Assembly (NCBI GenBank): GCA_038496445.1
Contig: JALMLS010000556.1
Span: forward strand, 193,488-257,487
Source of the DNA: Trichosphaerium sp. ATCC 40318
Lineage: Eukaryota > Protista > Tubulinea
Direction of reading: 5' to 3'
Length of the DNA stretch: 64,000 bases
The notes under the pieces were generated by a model, which saw nothing but the letters and a program-made list of their open reading frames with translations, searched no databases and had not been told where the DNA came from. The position numbers and the translations under genes are program-made. This document shows positions 47,462-61,814 of the stretch, piece by piece (position 1 is the stretch's first letter; every line of letters starts with the position of its first letter).

Positions 47462-48880
47462 TTATTTCAGTCTCTCCTTTCTTTTTCTGCCGTACTTTAC
47501 ATTGTTTGCACGTATGATATTGAATGGATAAGGTGTAGGTATTTTAGATGCTTCGTCTAGTTGTTTCATATGTTCAGGCGATAGCTTAAACTCTAGAGCG
47601 CCAACATTGTCTTTGTATTGACCAAATGTGGTTGCACCAATGAGTGTTGATGTAACACCTGGTCGTTGCATACACCCTATATTTTAGATTAGGTATTTAA
47701 GTATTCAAGATTGATGTATACATCTTATTGATATTTGTGCCATTGAGTGTTTTGTTTCAGTAGCTATACGCTTTAGAGTTGTTAAAACTGGAAGTGTTCT
47801 ATTAAAGCATTATTTAGTAGAATGGTAGGCATATTAACGTACTGAGGTTTTTTTGCAGTACTATAGTTTTGTTCTACAAATCGGTTCTTCTCTGCCCATG
47901 CAACTCTTCCTTCTGTGGGAGTTGATGAAACCTTATATCGTCCTGTGAGCCATCCTCCTTTCAGAGGTGACCAAGCCAAATATGCTAAATTGTTATCTCT
48001 ACAAACGCTAAATAAATCCCACTCTGCTTCTCTTGAAAGCAAGTTGTACTGAGACTGTAAACTAATAATGCCTAAGTATCATTTTTCTTAGTGCTCTTCA
48101 TATTGTGTATGGATCTTACCTTCAAGTTGATGAAACTCGGCATAGTCACAAGCCTAAAACGGGCTGTTATTATTCTGATTTTTTGGCAAAATGTGTTCAC
48201 GTGCTTTTTGTATTTGCCATGACGCCCAATTACCAAGCCCAATATAACGTACCTTACCACTACGTACAATATCATGGATTGTTGATAATATCTCTCTCAT
48301 AGGTGTTGCACCATCATACATATTAAGCTGTGCGCAAAGAGTCAAAAGATTTTTTTGTATAAGAACAAACCTGGAATAAGTCGATGTAGTCGGTGTTAAG
48401 AGTTTTGAGTGTTTCTTCAACTGATTTAATTAGTTTATTCCTACAATATCCACCCATAGTACCACCATCATTAACATCCAAATGTGCTAAAGAGTGTTAC
48501 AAGTTCACCTTACGAGAAAAAAAAGAAATTTTAGCTCAACCTTTTGCTGCAAGTACAACTCTGTCTCTTTGAATCTCGGACATAAAGCTACCAACTATGT
48601 ACAATATCAAACTGACGTTTCTTTTACACTTGTCATCGCACTTATTTGTTCAGCACCACTAGTCTCGATGAAATTACCTCCTCTAGCAATAAAATCTTTG
48701 ACAATCACAGAAACGTCACAAGCTGGCACGTTGTTAATGCCAAATGACATGCAGCCTTAAATTTCGTTAGAAAGTTGATATTATTACTACAAACGGCATA
48801 CCGAGACACAACTCTGACACTTTTAAACCTGAGTTACCCAAAAACCGGTAATTCATTTTATTTACGCTTGTTCTATCCAT
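47462..48880 (-). CDS. Aldo/keto reductase, multi-exon
   Basis: MNYRFLGNSGLKVSELCLG, GGNFIET, IVRSGKVRYIGLGNWASWQ, LQSQYNLLSREAE, AWSPLKGGWLTGRY, PGVTSTLIGAT. Confidence 0.93.
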
Positions 48881-49101
48881 TTTAGTTATTTTCAAGTCTG
48901 TTTATGCAGTTTTAAGACTTCTCCGTTCTCTCGTTGCTAAACGTAGTTTACAAACAATAAAAGTACCCAATTACCTTTCACACGTTATAAGAGCACTATT
49001 TAAAATGTATCGAAGCAAATGCCGGCTTTTTGTACCCAAATACCGAAAAGTTTTGTCTGAATTTGTTCTTTCCTTGTTTAGCCAAATAATACAATTCTCG
49101 T

Positions 49102-50620
49102 ATGCTAAAAGGGTTGCTCTTATCCCTACTATTACTATACTCATATAAGGTCACGTGCAGTTGTGTTACTGATCAACTGAACGCGAATGATGATTGGACA
49201 GGCGCAATTTCGTACCCTGGTACTGTCATTTACAAAAACGCCGTTCAAATAGACAATGCGCTCGCGCAAAAGGCACCAGCATTAGTTATATCTCCAGAGG
49301 ACTTTGATGCGGTATCCGCAGTGCTAAGCGCTGTACAATATTGTAACACTACGTTCTCAACGCTAAGTGGAGGTCATTCCGCAGAAGGGTTAGTGAGAAA
49401 ACACCGTTCTTCAAATGTTAACAAGCCGTAGATACAGTTTAAATGATGGTGGCGTAGTCCTACAACTTCGTACATACTTTAACGATATAGTGCTTTACGA
49501 AAACGGTACGATGCGCGTGGGCGCTGGTGTTCGTTGGAACGACATTTATCGTCGTCTTCAAAATACTTCTTGGGTAGCTCTTGGCGGTGGATGCCCTTTA
49601 GTTGGTGTGGCTGGGTTTCTGCTAGGTGGCGGATGGTCTTTTCTATCGCGCAGTTATGGACTTGGATCTGACAATGTGCTAGAGGTCACGTTTATGCTTG
49701 CAAATGGAACTGTAGTAAAAGCATCAGAAAATGAAAATGTTGAATTGTTTTGGGCGTCAAGAGGCGGAGGAGGCGGTAATTTTGGTATTGCTTTATCCTT
49801 TGTTTTACAGCTTCACAAGCCGTACAATGTACCAACCGCAGTCAGTAGTGGCTCAAACGATAATGAATATACCGACCAAATGCTAATGGGAGAAGTATGC
49901 TGGCAACCATTTTCTTCTGTTGTAAGACAAGCATGGAGTATATGGTTAGAAGGTATAGATACATTGCCGGATTGGATAGATATAGATCCAGTTTGGCTTC
50001 CTTTTGGTAAAAACAAGGCGAGGCTATTCTGTGTGACTGTTATATGCAATAACAATCCATCCACGTGCTCTGAAAACAATGTGCTTAAATCACTCATTGA
50101 CCTCAGTGATGATCTCGAACTGAATACATTAAAACCTCAAAGGTTCAATGACTGGTCAGTTAAAAACACAAATGTAACGTCTGCTCAAAGAGGTTATTTA
50201 TACTTGACTTCTGGTTTCCTCAAACCTGGAGCATTCAATCTTGATCTAGTAGACATGCTAATGAATTCGCTTGAATCTTTTCCTAATCCTAGAAATCTTG
50301 TGCTGTTTCACGTGGGAGGTGGAGCAATATCTAGAATCTCTTCAAACGCAACAGCATTTTATCATAGAGACAGCGTATTGCTTATCCAGATCAAGGCAAT
50401 TTGGGATGATCCACAAGATGAACAAGCTAACATTGATTGGGTCAACAAAATGCGTACACTACTGTTACCATATTTGAGCGGTTCTTATGTTAATTATATT
50501 GATCCTAACTTCCCTGATTGGCCACAGGCATACTATGGAGAAAACTTGGATCGCTTACAGCGCATACGTAGGTTGTATGATCCCACAAACTTCTTTGCGT
50601 TTGAGCAATCGATACCTTAA
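49102..50620 (+). CDS. Secreted FAD-linked oxidoreductase, berberine-bridge-enzyme family (intron 49389-49431)
   Basis: Signal peptide; SGGHSAEG|YS; GGCPLVGVAGFLLGGG; LFWASRGGGGGNFGI; BBE C-terminus YVNYID..YYGENLDRLQRIRRLYDPTNFF. Confidence 0.93.
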
Positions 50621-51005
50621 CTTCTGAGAATAGTCACTTCTGTACACAAAAACTTAATATAGTCGTAAATACAATATCGTTGATGAACACTTTGTATCAA
50701 TATGTTTTGAGTCTATGTTGTATCAATGACACTATGGCCTGTTTTAGAGGCGCAATCTGCGCTCTTGGTCTCAAGTACTGTCCAGGTATACATTGATTTA
50801 AGCTCGTCTACCTCCTTTATTAGGTATTACTGACGAAAGTGAATGCTTCAACCCTCGTACTCAAAGATGTTACAACAAGCAAATATAAAAAGTGTCGTTT
50901 GATTGCTTTGTTTTCTTAATGTAGCACAGGTTCATCTACGGAGTATTGAATAATATTCATCATTTTCTGTGCCTTATTACTTGTTTTCAGTACGTAAAGA
51001 TATCA

Positions 51006-54000
51006 CATGTGACATTATCTGACGCTTCCTTACGTTTGCGCAGGAACTATTGTAAACTGTGGTTGGAACCATCACTTAAAAACAAAGAAAGGTAAACCTG
51101 TATTAGTCTACAGCCTGGATCATTACGATTCAAAGACGCACCTTAACCTTGGTATCAAGCTCACTGATAAAGCAAGGAACACGACTTGTAAGCATTTTGT
51201 ACAAATCTCGGAAGTTTGGAAGCACAAGACTGTTGTCACTCCAAATGCTAACTCAAGCCGGAATTGCCCGTAATCGGCAAAAAGTATAATCTACCAAAGA
51301 TCGCTTGCTCAAAAAAACAGTACAAAAACTTTATTTTTGGCATCGCCGTGCGTAGGTGATGCTACTATAGCATTATTTTCTTTTTGCAACAAAGAGCAAG
51401 GGATAACAATACGGACTATACAATTACGTCACAGTCGAGTAAACACTAAAGCTTTTGATCTCTCTGCAACTCAAGTATACGTAACTTGTTTGTCCAAGGT
51501 TAAACGCCACACAATCCGTATTATGATAATACCACTAATGCAACGTGTACATAACTGCAGATAACAATGAACGAAACCAAGGTCGAAACCAAAAAAAACT
51601 ACCGTTAAAGAAAAGTCGTGACTTTGCTTCTTGTGGAGGAAGACCTAAAGCTGCAACAACACAGGAGTATTAGCTTGAACTCTGTTTGGCTTTTATTGTA
51701 GAGGTATCCCATTCGTAGGTGATAAGGGTTTACTGTTACCTCGTGCAGCTCCGTTGTGGTTTTTAGTCTTTTCTCCATCGCCCGTACTCAATACTTTACC
51801 CGGCGTTCCAAACAACATAAGGAACCTTAATTAAATTTCTTGTGCAACTTCTCATCTTTGTCAGTAGCACAGCGCTCATTACTTTACAGCACCTAGTGAT
51901 CCTTCTTTTGAGGCTCTTGCTCAAAACCACTTGTTATTATGTCCTATTTTGTTTTGAGGCTACAACGCTCACGGTGCACGCATATACAGTGCTGGCGTTG
52001 CGTTGAGTGGTATTGCAGAACTAGTTGTTTTTTTTGCGCCTAATAGTCACACACGCGTGCTGAGGGTTTCTACGGTGTTAATTGAGCACAAAAGCTCAAA
52101 GGCGTTTTGTTGCAAGTCGCAAGTTGCTTTACGCATGCAACTTTACGCATGCAACTGGTCACGTACCCGAAACCAACTGCAGTATTACTTCATTCGGGCA
52201 TTAGCTTGTTTCACTGTCAGGTGTTATGTTTACACGCGTACAATACTCAGTCCCTGGTACAAAAACCAGGATAATCGATCGCTTGAAGAAAGGCATTAGC
52301 ACTGCAAGGTATTCGCTATTTTTTGGTTATAAAGGTTAAATAGTTGAAAAACCTTTTCGTTCGAACGTTTTGCAATTTTTTTCTGCTTGTTCGAAACGCT
52401 TAAGTTCGGTAATGCTGCTTCTACCAAAATCGTAGGCCCAGGCATTGAGCACTGCAAGCACGCGTTCGTTGACAGAATCAACAACCACGTGAAAGTTGAA
52501 AAACTTGCGGAGAATGATCAATTTTGTTTTGTGGTTGCTATCATCTAGCAACATGCTACATGTTAATAAAGCCCTTATTACGTTCTATACGCCTTTCTAC
52601 AATATCAATAGCACTGAGTTTAGAAGCATTTTCACAATGTGCTACTTCTACATACTTTTGTCTGCATTGCTTAAAACGCCTCATTCTAAGACAGACGTAC
52701 ATACCGTAGTTGCAATGAGTGCTTTCAAAGTGAGGAAGACATCACTAGGCGGAGTGTAATCGTGAGGTTTGCTACTTCAAGATTTACGAAAGTCTTCTTC
52801 CTAGTTCATTTGTGTTAACTACGAAACGTTAAGGGCGACACACTGACTATGATACAGTACTGTATACAACAACTTAAAAAGGAACGTATATTACAAGTGG
52901 GTAGGTAAAGGAAGTGATCATACTGGAATTTCAGTTGAACAAATTCGCAAGTGATGCGCTCAATAATCAGATGTCAATGTTAAACTGTAGCAATCACGTG
53001 TTTCACTATTCCGTTTTGATTTGACACAGTAAAATCATCTAGCATGTGGTGAGCCTTGTTTTTCTAGTGTATGTTTTGCGCTTGTGTGGCCACGACAAGT
53101 TTATATTGAGGTGTAAACAAGAGTATAGTAAGTTAAGCTAACTGATTGTTTATTGGTGAGAGAATATTGGCTTACATGGATCTACTTGCTTGTACTTTCA
53201 AGTTGAGCTAGTTTGGTCTCAATGTATTGTAGGCTGGTGACGATTTCTGTTAATGTGGCAATTTGTTGTTGTGATACGGGAGTAAAGAAAGAGAAAAGAA
53301 GTTAAGAGGACAACAGGCTACCAAAGTCATATTGGTAGATCGCTTAGGTAGACCTCTCAAAGAAAATAGAGTACTCATGCAGTGTACGATGAGCTTGTTG
53401 TTGCTCAAGGTACTAGAAATTACAAAAATTGTCTTATAACTCGCCTTTAGATAATCAAGCTGTTGCTCGTTGCATCATTAAAGTTGTACCAAAAGATTCC
53501 CAAACGAAAAAAACACAAAATACAAATAAACCCGAAGACAGATGACCTCTCCGACTCTAATGACAAGTTTACTAGCAACCGGTAAGAAGTCACATCTTTT
53601 GCTTATTTAAACTTACGCTGTTGTACTAGAAAACTATGGGATGCCCATGTGGATTCAACTAATGACCAGCAATCAACTAGCAATGATGTATATCTCGACA
53701 TACAATTACAGAAAGCAAAAGTAGCAGAAAACAATGCCGACCTGAAGCGAGACAATGCCAGCCTAACAGAAAGTGGCAACAACCTACAGCAAGACAATAT
53801 CAAGTTGACAGAATGTGTCAAGACTTGAAGGACGACAATGTCAAATTAACAGAAAGCAATGCCATCATTAAAGAAAGCATCAAAAACCTGAAGAAAGATA
53901 TTGTCAACTTATCCAAAAGCAATGCCATCCTAAAGCAAGATAATATTACCGAAAGGAAAAGCCTACCTGGCCTACAAGAGAGACATGCCACTCTACTTGC

Positions 54001-56716
54001 GTAAAGAAACAAGTAGGCTCCACTATCAGCAACACGTTGCCAATATTCATTCGCACAAATAAAGCATTTTACTTACTCATTGTTCTCTTCGTAGCGCATC
54101 ATAACACAGACTTGGTTTCAATCAATATTTCATTGTCAATCTTTTCTGGATTTCTCACAAGTACTTAAGCGCGCCACCACTGATGGAAATAGAACAAGCA
54201 CTGAGCTATGCTGTTTGTTTGGATTGAAGTCTTATACGCTAAGTATGTAAGTACCTTCACAGAGTGCTCCAGCGATACATGTGACTGTTTCTGGTAGTTT
54301 CATCTAACGCCCTTCCGTTATGAATGAATAATTTGAATATTCAAATACAGCCTACATTCACAAATATTCACGACTAAAAAAATTCATTCATTATTCATGC
54401 ACACAGTAAAAGGCCGAAAATTGTGCAATTTGATGGCTGATTATGACTGGATTTGTGGGTTTTGGCGTTCTGTTGACTATTCCGATTCGGTTTTCAAATG
54501 CAACTTGTTGAATCTATCCATTTGGAACATCGCGAGGTGCTACAAACCAAAAGCTCCTCAACATCCTGACTCACCAAACGCCCATGAATATTCATGAATG
54601 AATATTAAAATATGGCGTACAGTACAATGAATATGAATATTGCTTGTATTCATAATGGAAGGGCGTTAGTTTCATCATACGTTAATGTGTTTAGTTGAGA
54701 TAATTGAACTTGTGCGTTAGACAAGTGAACATTAGTAATTTGAGTACTATCAGCATACATTGATATCCACCTTTGTCCAACTTCTAAGCTCAATGCAGTT
54801 GACATATGAAACAAGGCCAATTGCAAATCTATATTTTATCTGAGAAACGTGTTTTAAGATGTGTACATTACAGAATCACGCTATTCCTCTGATGTACAAG
54901 TAGTAGAAACGATACCAGTTATCAATTAAATTAACTGATATTACTTACAGGTGACAGTACTGTTGATTACGAGTCTTTGAGTCATCCTATGGTTGTAGTA
55001 CCACAGGGTAAAGTAAACATCCTGTAAGGTAAGAAGCAGGTATCAACGTGAAATGCTCTACAAAACTTGCTTGCAGTTTCCATAGAAGCAATACTGAGTT
55101 CGGCTGCATTGCACTGTACGCATATCTGATTTGTACAGCCACAGAGCCTATCTAGGCCGCATTTTTCGCGACATTTACCAACACAAGCACTGTAAAAATA
55201 CGACCATTTATAAATACGCATACTAAACCACTACGCCAAAAGCGTAAATAACAGTCACTAACGGATTGAGGTGGTAACCTTACGCGACTATATAACCGTC
55301 ACACGGGCAGAAAAAAAGTGTAGTTCGAAAAGGTTTTTCAAATATTTCACCAAATAGTAGCGAATACCTCACTCAACTTTGTTGCTTGATAGTGGCGTTT
55401 TGCGGGCTATTTTTTACCCCGCCCAGCGAACACAAAGGGTGTTATCATAATGTCGTTATTGAAACCAGACAGAATTGTCATTATTACGAGAACCGGACGC
55501 CAAAATACAAGAACGTTGTGCTGTGTATCTTTTCATCAACGGTGGAGATTTTATTCTTTATTTTGTTTCTATGCTGGTTTCATCTACGATTTTTAGATGT
55601 CACGTACAGCTATCGTACATTGAGCAACTCGCAGTGGAGGTGGCAACAAGTTTGTAACAAGACTAACGCATTAACTGCAGCAAGGGCTCACAACGTAATG
55701 AATTGAAGTATTTAAAGCACTTGAATGTCCTTTAGTGTTTTTTTCTCGACCAAAACAGTTTTAAAAAGTGATCAAACAATCTGCTTACGCATGAAAAGCG
55801 TTCGAACAAGTCTCTCTTTTCAAAATTACTGCAAACACGTGAAGCACGGCAAATAATAACCTGAGCACAGCAAATATGCATTATGAAGTATTACCTAGGC
55901 ACCTAAACACACGAATTCAAGTCTTGGAGACAAACGCGTGTTATAAGTTTTGGTTCTTTTCCTCTAATAACCGGCTAGCAACGGGTACACACGCTAGCGT
56001 AGTGCAGTGCAACCTCAAAAAAGAAACAACTCACAAAAATAAGTGGTTTTTAGCGAGAGCCTTAAAAGAAGGATAACTTGGTGCTGTATGGTTTTTTTAG
56101 CACTTTTTCATTTTTATGTAGCATGCTTTTATTTCGCTTATTGAACATAGATTCATCAGCTCTACACTCTTGAAAAGGTGGCCATCTACACTAGTGTTCA
56201 TGGTATTAGCAACCAGCTGGGAATTTGGTGCATGTACTTTACCTTTACTTTGTCTACATTGCTACGGCTCATTCTGAGACGGACATACATGGGTGCCTGC
56301 CAAGGGCTTACATCAGAGTTGCACTGACTGCTTTCAAAATGGAAAAGACGTAGGGATGTTACTACATGATATAAGACACAAAATACCCTTGCACATAAGA
56401 TGAATGCTTTTTACACCAGAATTCCACCACCTTTGCAAAAGTGTAGAGCAATGAATCTATGTAAGATACCAAGTGAAAAGCCTTACCTCCTGTGGATGCC
56501 AATAGTAAGTACCAATGCACGGTAATTGAAAGGAAATGTTCACAAATCAATGATTGTTTTGACTGTGTGTACAAAGCATGTTCTGAGATTAACTTGTGCA
56601 ATGACACAACTCCCATCAAAATACATTTGCTTCTAACAGATTAATTAATCTGTAAGTCAAAGTTGTTTTCTCCTCTATTAACTTTGTTTCTACTTAGCTG
56701 TAAAATCCATTCCTGT
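51006..56716 (+). repeat. Left arm of large inverted duplication (outer limit is set by the window end of the partner arm)
   Basis: catgtgacattatctgacg at 51006 is the reverse complement of the last bases of the window; paired ORFs are mirrored (52496/62527, 55876/59278, 56619/58536). Confidence 0.95.
54305..54668. mobile_element. MITE (364 bp) with about 21-bp TIRs and 8-bp TSD GTTTCATC, hAT-like
   Basis: gtttcatc|TAACGCCCTTCCGTTATGAAT...ATTCATAATGGAAGGGCGTTA|gtttcatc; subterminal atgaat/attcat motifs. Confidence 0.85.
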
Positions 56717-56895
56717 CTTTTTTATTTAAGAAGCACCACAAAACAAAAATGTACAAGGTTATTTTTCTACTTGTAAAGCGTCTTAAAGCCCCGCTCACGG
56801 TTTAGTTTTAGGATCTTACATGTACCAAGGCGACTCCAACTTACTCCACAAGCAACAGTAGTTTTTTTTTAGTGCTCAAAAAACGCATTTGCGTT

Positions 56896-57347
56896 TATGA
56901 AAATCTGCACGGAGGAATTATTTTTATTGTCGGATTCTATGCACTCATACATGTGGCATTAGTGTGCAAAGAATCAGCGTCAAAATCGGTGCGGTAAGCC
57001 AGAAATTTTGACTTTTTTGTTGATTTTTTGCTTCAAAAACGAAGACTTTTTGCCTCACAGTTCATTTCAAAAAAAATTCCAGAAAAAAATAAGAAAGGTA
57101 ACATTTATGGCAACCACGGACAAGTTCAGCTCTGAATTTTTTACACAGTACACCAACATGTCAATACGTGTATTTTCAATTTTTTTGAAGGTGAAAAAGT
57201 CTTCGTTTTTGAAGCAAAAAATCAACAAAAAAGTCAAAATTTCTGGCTTACCGCACCGATTTTGATGCTGATTCTTTGCACACTAATGCCACCTGTATGA
57301 GTGCATAGAATCCGACAATAAAATAATTTCTCCACAGGTTTTCATAA
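56896..57347. mobile_element. Fold-back/MITE-like element with about 150-bp inverted arms, inside the spacer of the large duplication
   Basis: 56896-57050 is the near-perfect reverse complement of 57195-57347 (ttgtcggattctatgcactcatac...cttcaaaaacgaagactttt); no TSD identified. Confidence 0.75.
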
Positions 57348-57829
57348 TGTGTTTTTTTTTACATCAAAAAATCTACACAATATACAATTTCTGGCTTTTT
57401 AACACATGTTAGTTCCTCGCCACTTGTATACTTGGCCAAAGAATTGTGAACGACTGGATTAACACAGGAAAAAATTACTTTCAGTACAAGTACTTACTTT
57501 TGGTACAACCAGATAATACAAAATAAGTAGATGGCGTGAATTAACGAGCACGCTTATATCAAAAAACCTGTCTATTCCTAATACACTATTCTCGTTATTC
57601 ACCTAATTTCAGTTTTGGCTAGCCAACCAATGTCAGATAGCGGCAATTGAGAAAGCAGCTAGTACCTTCTTTCATTCTTTTTGGTTCTCCTTTTTCTTAT
57701 TTATGTACTTCATATACTTCTAAATACAGAGGCTAGTGATGCAGGGGATAATTCTTTGAAGTGTTACATGGAATTGTGAAAACGTCAAAGACTATGAACA
57801 AGTGAACCTTTCTGTTTTACGCATCAGTT

Positions 57830-58200
57830 TTATCGCCACGTTGTCAACGTTACTCGATGCAAATGCCAATGTTGAGGCTGTTGATCAAGATGGAAATACA
57901 GCTTTAATTTGTGCAGGTAACACTATGGCTTACACTATTTTGTAGCAAAACATGGAAAATGTGACTGTGTCTACACTAATTGAAGCAAATGCAAATATTG
58001 ATGTTGTTGATAAAGATGGAACCACAGCTTTATTTTGTGCAGGTACATCACAACGTAATTCTAACAGGTTACCTACTATTCAGCAAAAACTAAATAGTGC
58101 GATTATATCAATGTTAATTAAAGCACATTTAAATAGTGAAAACAATACAGCAGTGACTATTAAGGCCTTTCTAAGCTGCTTTAGTTATATCACAGGGTAA
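57830..58200 (+). pseudogene. Ankyrin-repeat gene fragment
   Basis: LSTLLDANANVEAVDQDGNTALICA|intron and VSTLIEANANIDVVDKDGTTALFCA|intron; no intact 5' or 3' end. Confidence 0.7.
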
Positions 58201-60490
58201 AAAAACAAGTGGTGAGACTAACTACTATGCCTCCAACTACACCACCTACTACTAGCGCACCGGCGATGCTTGATAGCCAGTGTACTTTGTTCATTGTTGT
58301 TCGTTTGAAATTAAATTTGAAACCAAAAATAGCTGCTTACAAATCCTGTCGTCTCCATTACTAGTCTTCCCACACTACAACTGATCTCTCTGCCGTTAGA
58401 AGAACCTTATTAAAATATTTGGTCAGGTGCGAGACTTTACAGGATGGATTTTACAGCCAAGTAGAAACAAAGTTAATAAGAGGAGAAAACAACTTTGACT
58501 TACAGATTAATTAATCTGTTAGAAGCAAATGTATTTTGATGGGAGTTGTGTCATTGCACAAGTTAATCTCAGAACATGCTTTGTACACACAGTCAAAACA
58601 ATCATTGATTTGTGAACATTTCCTTTCAATTACCGTGCATTGGTACTTACTATTGGCATCCACAGGAGGTAAGGCTTTTCACTTGGTATCTTACATAGAT
58701 TCATTGCTCTACACTTTTGCAAAGGTGGTGGAATTCTGGTGTAAAAAGCATTCATCTTATGTGCAAGGGTATTTGTGTCTTATATCATGTAGTAACATCC
58801 CTACGTCTTTTCCATTTTGAAAGCAGTCAGTGCAACTCTGATGTAAGCCCTTGGCAGGCACCCATGTATGTCCGTCTCAGAATGAGCCGTAGCAATGTAG
58901 ACAAAGTAAAGGTAAAGTACATGCACCAAATTCCCAGCTGGTTGCTAATACCATGAACACTAGTGTAGATGGCCACCTTTTCAAGAGTGTAGAGCTGATG
59001 AATCTATGTTCAATAAGCGAAATAAAAGCATGCTACATAAAAATGAAAAAGTGCTAAAAAAACCATACAGCACCAAGTTATCCTTCTTTTAAGGCTCTCG
59101 CTAAAAACCACTTATTTTTGTGAGTTGTTTCTTTTTTGAGGTTGCACTGCACTACGCTAGCGTGTGTACCCGTTGCTAGCCGGTTATTAGAGGAAAAGAA
59201 CCAAAACTTATAACACGCGTTTGTCTCCAAGACTTGAATTCGTGTGTTTAGGTGCCTAGGTAATACTTCATAATGCATATTTGCTGTGCTCAGGTTATTA
59301 TTTGCCGTGCTTCACGTGTTTGCAGTAATTTTGAAAAGAGAGACTTGTTCGAACGCTTTTCATGCGTAAGCAGATTGTTTGATCACTTTTTAAAACTGTT
59401 TTGGTCGAGAAAAAAACCACTAAAGAACATTCAAGTGCTTTAAATACTTCAATTCATTACGTAGTGAGCCCTTGCTGCAGTTAATCGTTAGTCTTGTTAC
59501 AAACTTGTTGCCACCTCCACTGCGAGTTGCTCAATGTACGATAGCTGTACATGACATCTAAAAATCGTAGATGAAACCAGCATAGAAACAAAATAAAGAG
59601 AATAAAATCTCCACCGTTGATGAAAAGATACACAGCACAACGTTCTTGTATTTTGGCGTCCGGTTCTCGTTATAATAATGACAATTCTGTCTGGTTTCAA
59701 TAACGACATTATGATAACACCCTTTGTGTTCGCTGGGCGGGGTAAAAAATAGCCCGCAAAACGCCACTATCAAGCAACAAAGTTGAGTGAGGTATTCGCT
59801 ACTATTTGGTGAAATATTTGAAAAACCTTTTCGAACTACACTTTTTTTCTGCCCGTGTGACGGTTATATAGTCGCGTAAGGTTACCACCTCAATCCGTTA
59901 GTGACTGTTATTTACGCTTTTGGCGTAGTGGTTTAGTATGCGTATTTATAAATGGTCGTATTTTTACAGTGCTTGTGTTGGTAAATGTCGCGAAAAAAGC
60001 GGCCTAGATAGGCTCTGTGTCTGTACAAATCAGATATGCGTACAGTGCAATGCAGCCGAACTCAGTATTGCTTCTATGGAAACTGCAAGCAAGTTTTGTA
60101 GAGCATTTCACGTTGATACCTGCTTCTTACCTTACAGGATGTTTACTTTACCCTGTGGTACTACAACCATAGGATGACTCAAAGACTCGTAATCAACAGT
60201 ACTGTCACCTGTAAGTAATATCAGTTAATTTAATTGATAACTGGTATCGTTTCTACTACTTGTACATCAGAGGAATAGCGTGATTCTGTAATGTACACAT
60301 CTTAAAACACGTTTCTCAGATAAAATATAGATTTGCAATTGGCCTTGTTTCATATGTCAACTGCATTGAGCTTAGAAGTTGGACAAAGGTGGATATCAAT
60401 GTATGCTGATAGTACTCAAATTACTAATGTTCACTTGTCTAACGCACAAGTTCAATTATCTCAACTAAACACATTAACGTATGATGAAAC

Positions 60491-60838
60491 TAACGCCTTC
60501 CATTATGATACAAGCAATATTCATATTCATTGTACTGTACGCCATATTTTAATATCATTCATGAATATTCATGGGCGTATGTGAGTCAGGATGTTGAGGA
60601 CTTTTGGTTGTAGCACCTCGCGATGTTCAAATGGATAGATTCAACAAGTTGCATTGAAAACCGAATCGGAATAGTCAACAGAACGCCAAAACCCACAAAT
60701 CCAGTCATAATCAGCCATCAATTGCACAATTTTCGGCCTTTTACTGTGTGCATGAATAATGAATGAATTAGTCGTGAATATTGTGAATGTAGGCTGTATT
60801 TGAATATTCAAATTATTCATTCATAACGAAGGGCGTTA
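60491..60838. mobile_element. Mirror copy of the hAT-like MITE in the right arm
   Basis: gatgaaac|taacgccttcc...gaagggcgtta|gatgaaac. Confidence 0.82.
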
Positions 60839-61138
60839 GATGAAACTACCAGAAACAGTCACATGTATCGCTGGAGCACTCTGTGAAGGTACTTACATAC
60901 TTAGCGTATAAGACTTCAATCCAAACAAACAGCATAGCTCAGTGCTTGTTCTATTTCCATCAGTGGTGGCGCGCTTAAGTACTTGTGAGAAATCCAGAAA
61001 AGATTGACAATGAAATATTGATTGAAACCAAGTCTGTGTTATGATGCGCTACGAAGAGAACAATGAGTAAGTAAAATGCTTTATTTGTGCGAATGAATAT
61101 TGGCAACGTGTTGCTGATAGTGGAGCCTACTTGTTTCT

Positions 61139-61814
61139 TTACGCAAGTAGAGTGGCATGTCTCTCTTGTAGGCCAGGTAGGCTTTTCCTTTCGGTAATAT
61201 TATCTTGCTTTAGGATGGCATTGCTTTTGGATAAGTTGACAATATCTTTCTTCAGGTTTTTGATGCTTTCTTTAATGATGGCATTGCTTTCTGTTAATTT
61301 GACATTGTCGTCCTTCAAGTCCTTGACACATTCTGTCAACTTGATATTGTCTTGCTGTAGGTTGTTGCCACTTTCTGTTAGGCTGGCATTGTCTCGCTTC
61401 AGGTCGGCATTGTTTTCTGCTACTTTTGCTTTCTGTAATTGTATGTCGAGATATACATCATTGCTAGTTGATTGCTGGTCATCAGTTGAATCCACATGGG
61501 CATCCCATAGTTTTCTAGTACAACAGCGTAAGTTTAAATAAGCAAAAGATGTGACTTCTTACCGGTTGCTAGTAAACTTGTCATTAGAGTCGGAGAGGTC
61601 ATCTGTCTTCGGGTTTATTTGTATTTTTTGTTTTTTTCGTTTGGGAATCTTTTGGTACAACTTTAATGATGCAACGAGCAACAGCTTGATTATCTAAAAG
61701 GCGAGTTATAATACAATTTTTGTAATTTCTAGTACCTTGAGCAACAACAAGCTCATCGTACACCGCATGAGATACTCTATTTTCTTTGAGAGGTCTACCT
61801 AAGCGATCTACCAA
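61139..61814 (-). pseudogene. Coiled-coil protein gene or fragment with 14-aa periodicity (mirror copy about 53330-54004 +, frameshifted)
   Basis: DNASLTESGNNLQQ/DNIKLTECVKDLKD/DNVKLTESNAIIKE; the left-arm copy lacks one base near 53820. Confidence 0.5.

Noticed and set aside
54982-56619. Short mirrored ORFs (79, 106, 66, 85 aa) as conserved genes
   Set aside because: Their identity reflects only the recent inverted duplication; frames break between arms and no domains are evident
60500-60830. Dense 1-bp deletions in the right-arm MITE copy as biological hypermutation
   Set aside because: Mostly shortened homopolymers or doublets, typical of long-read consensus error
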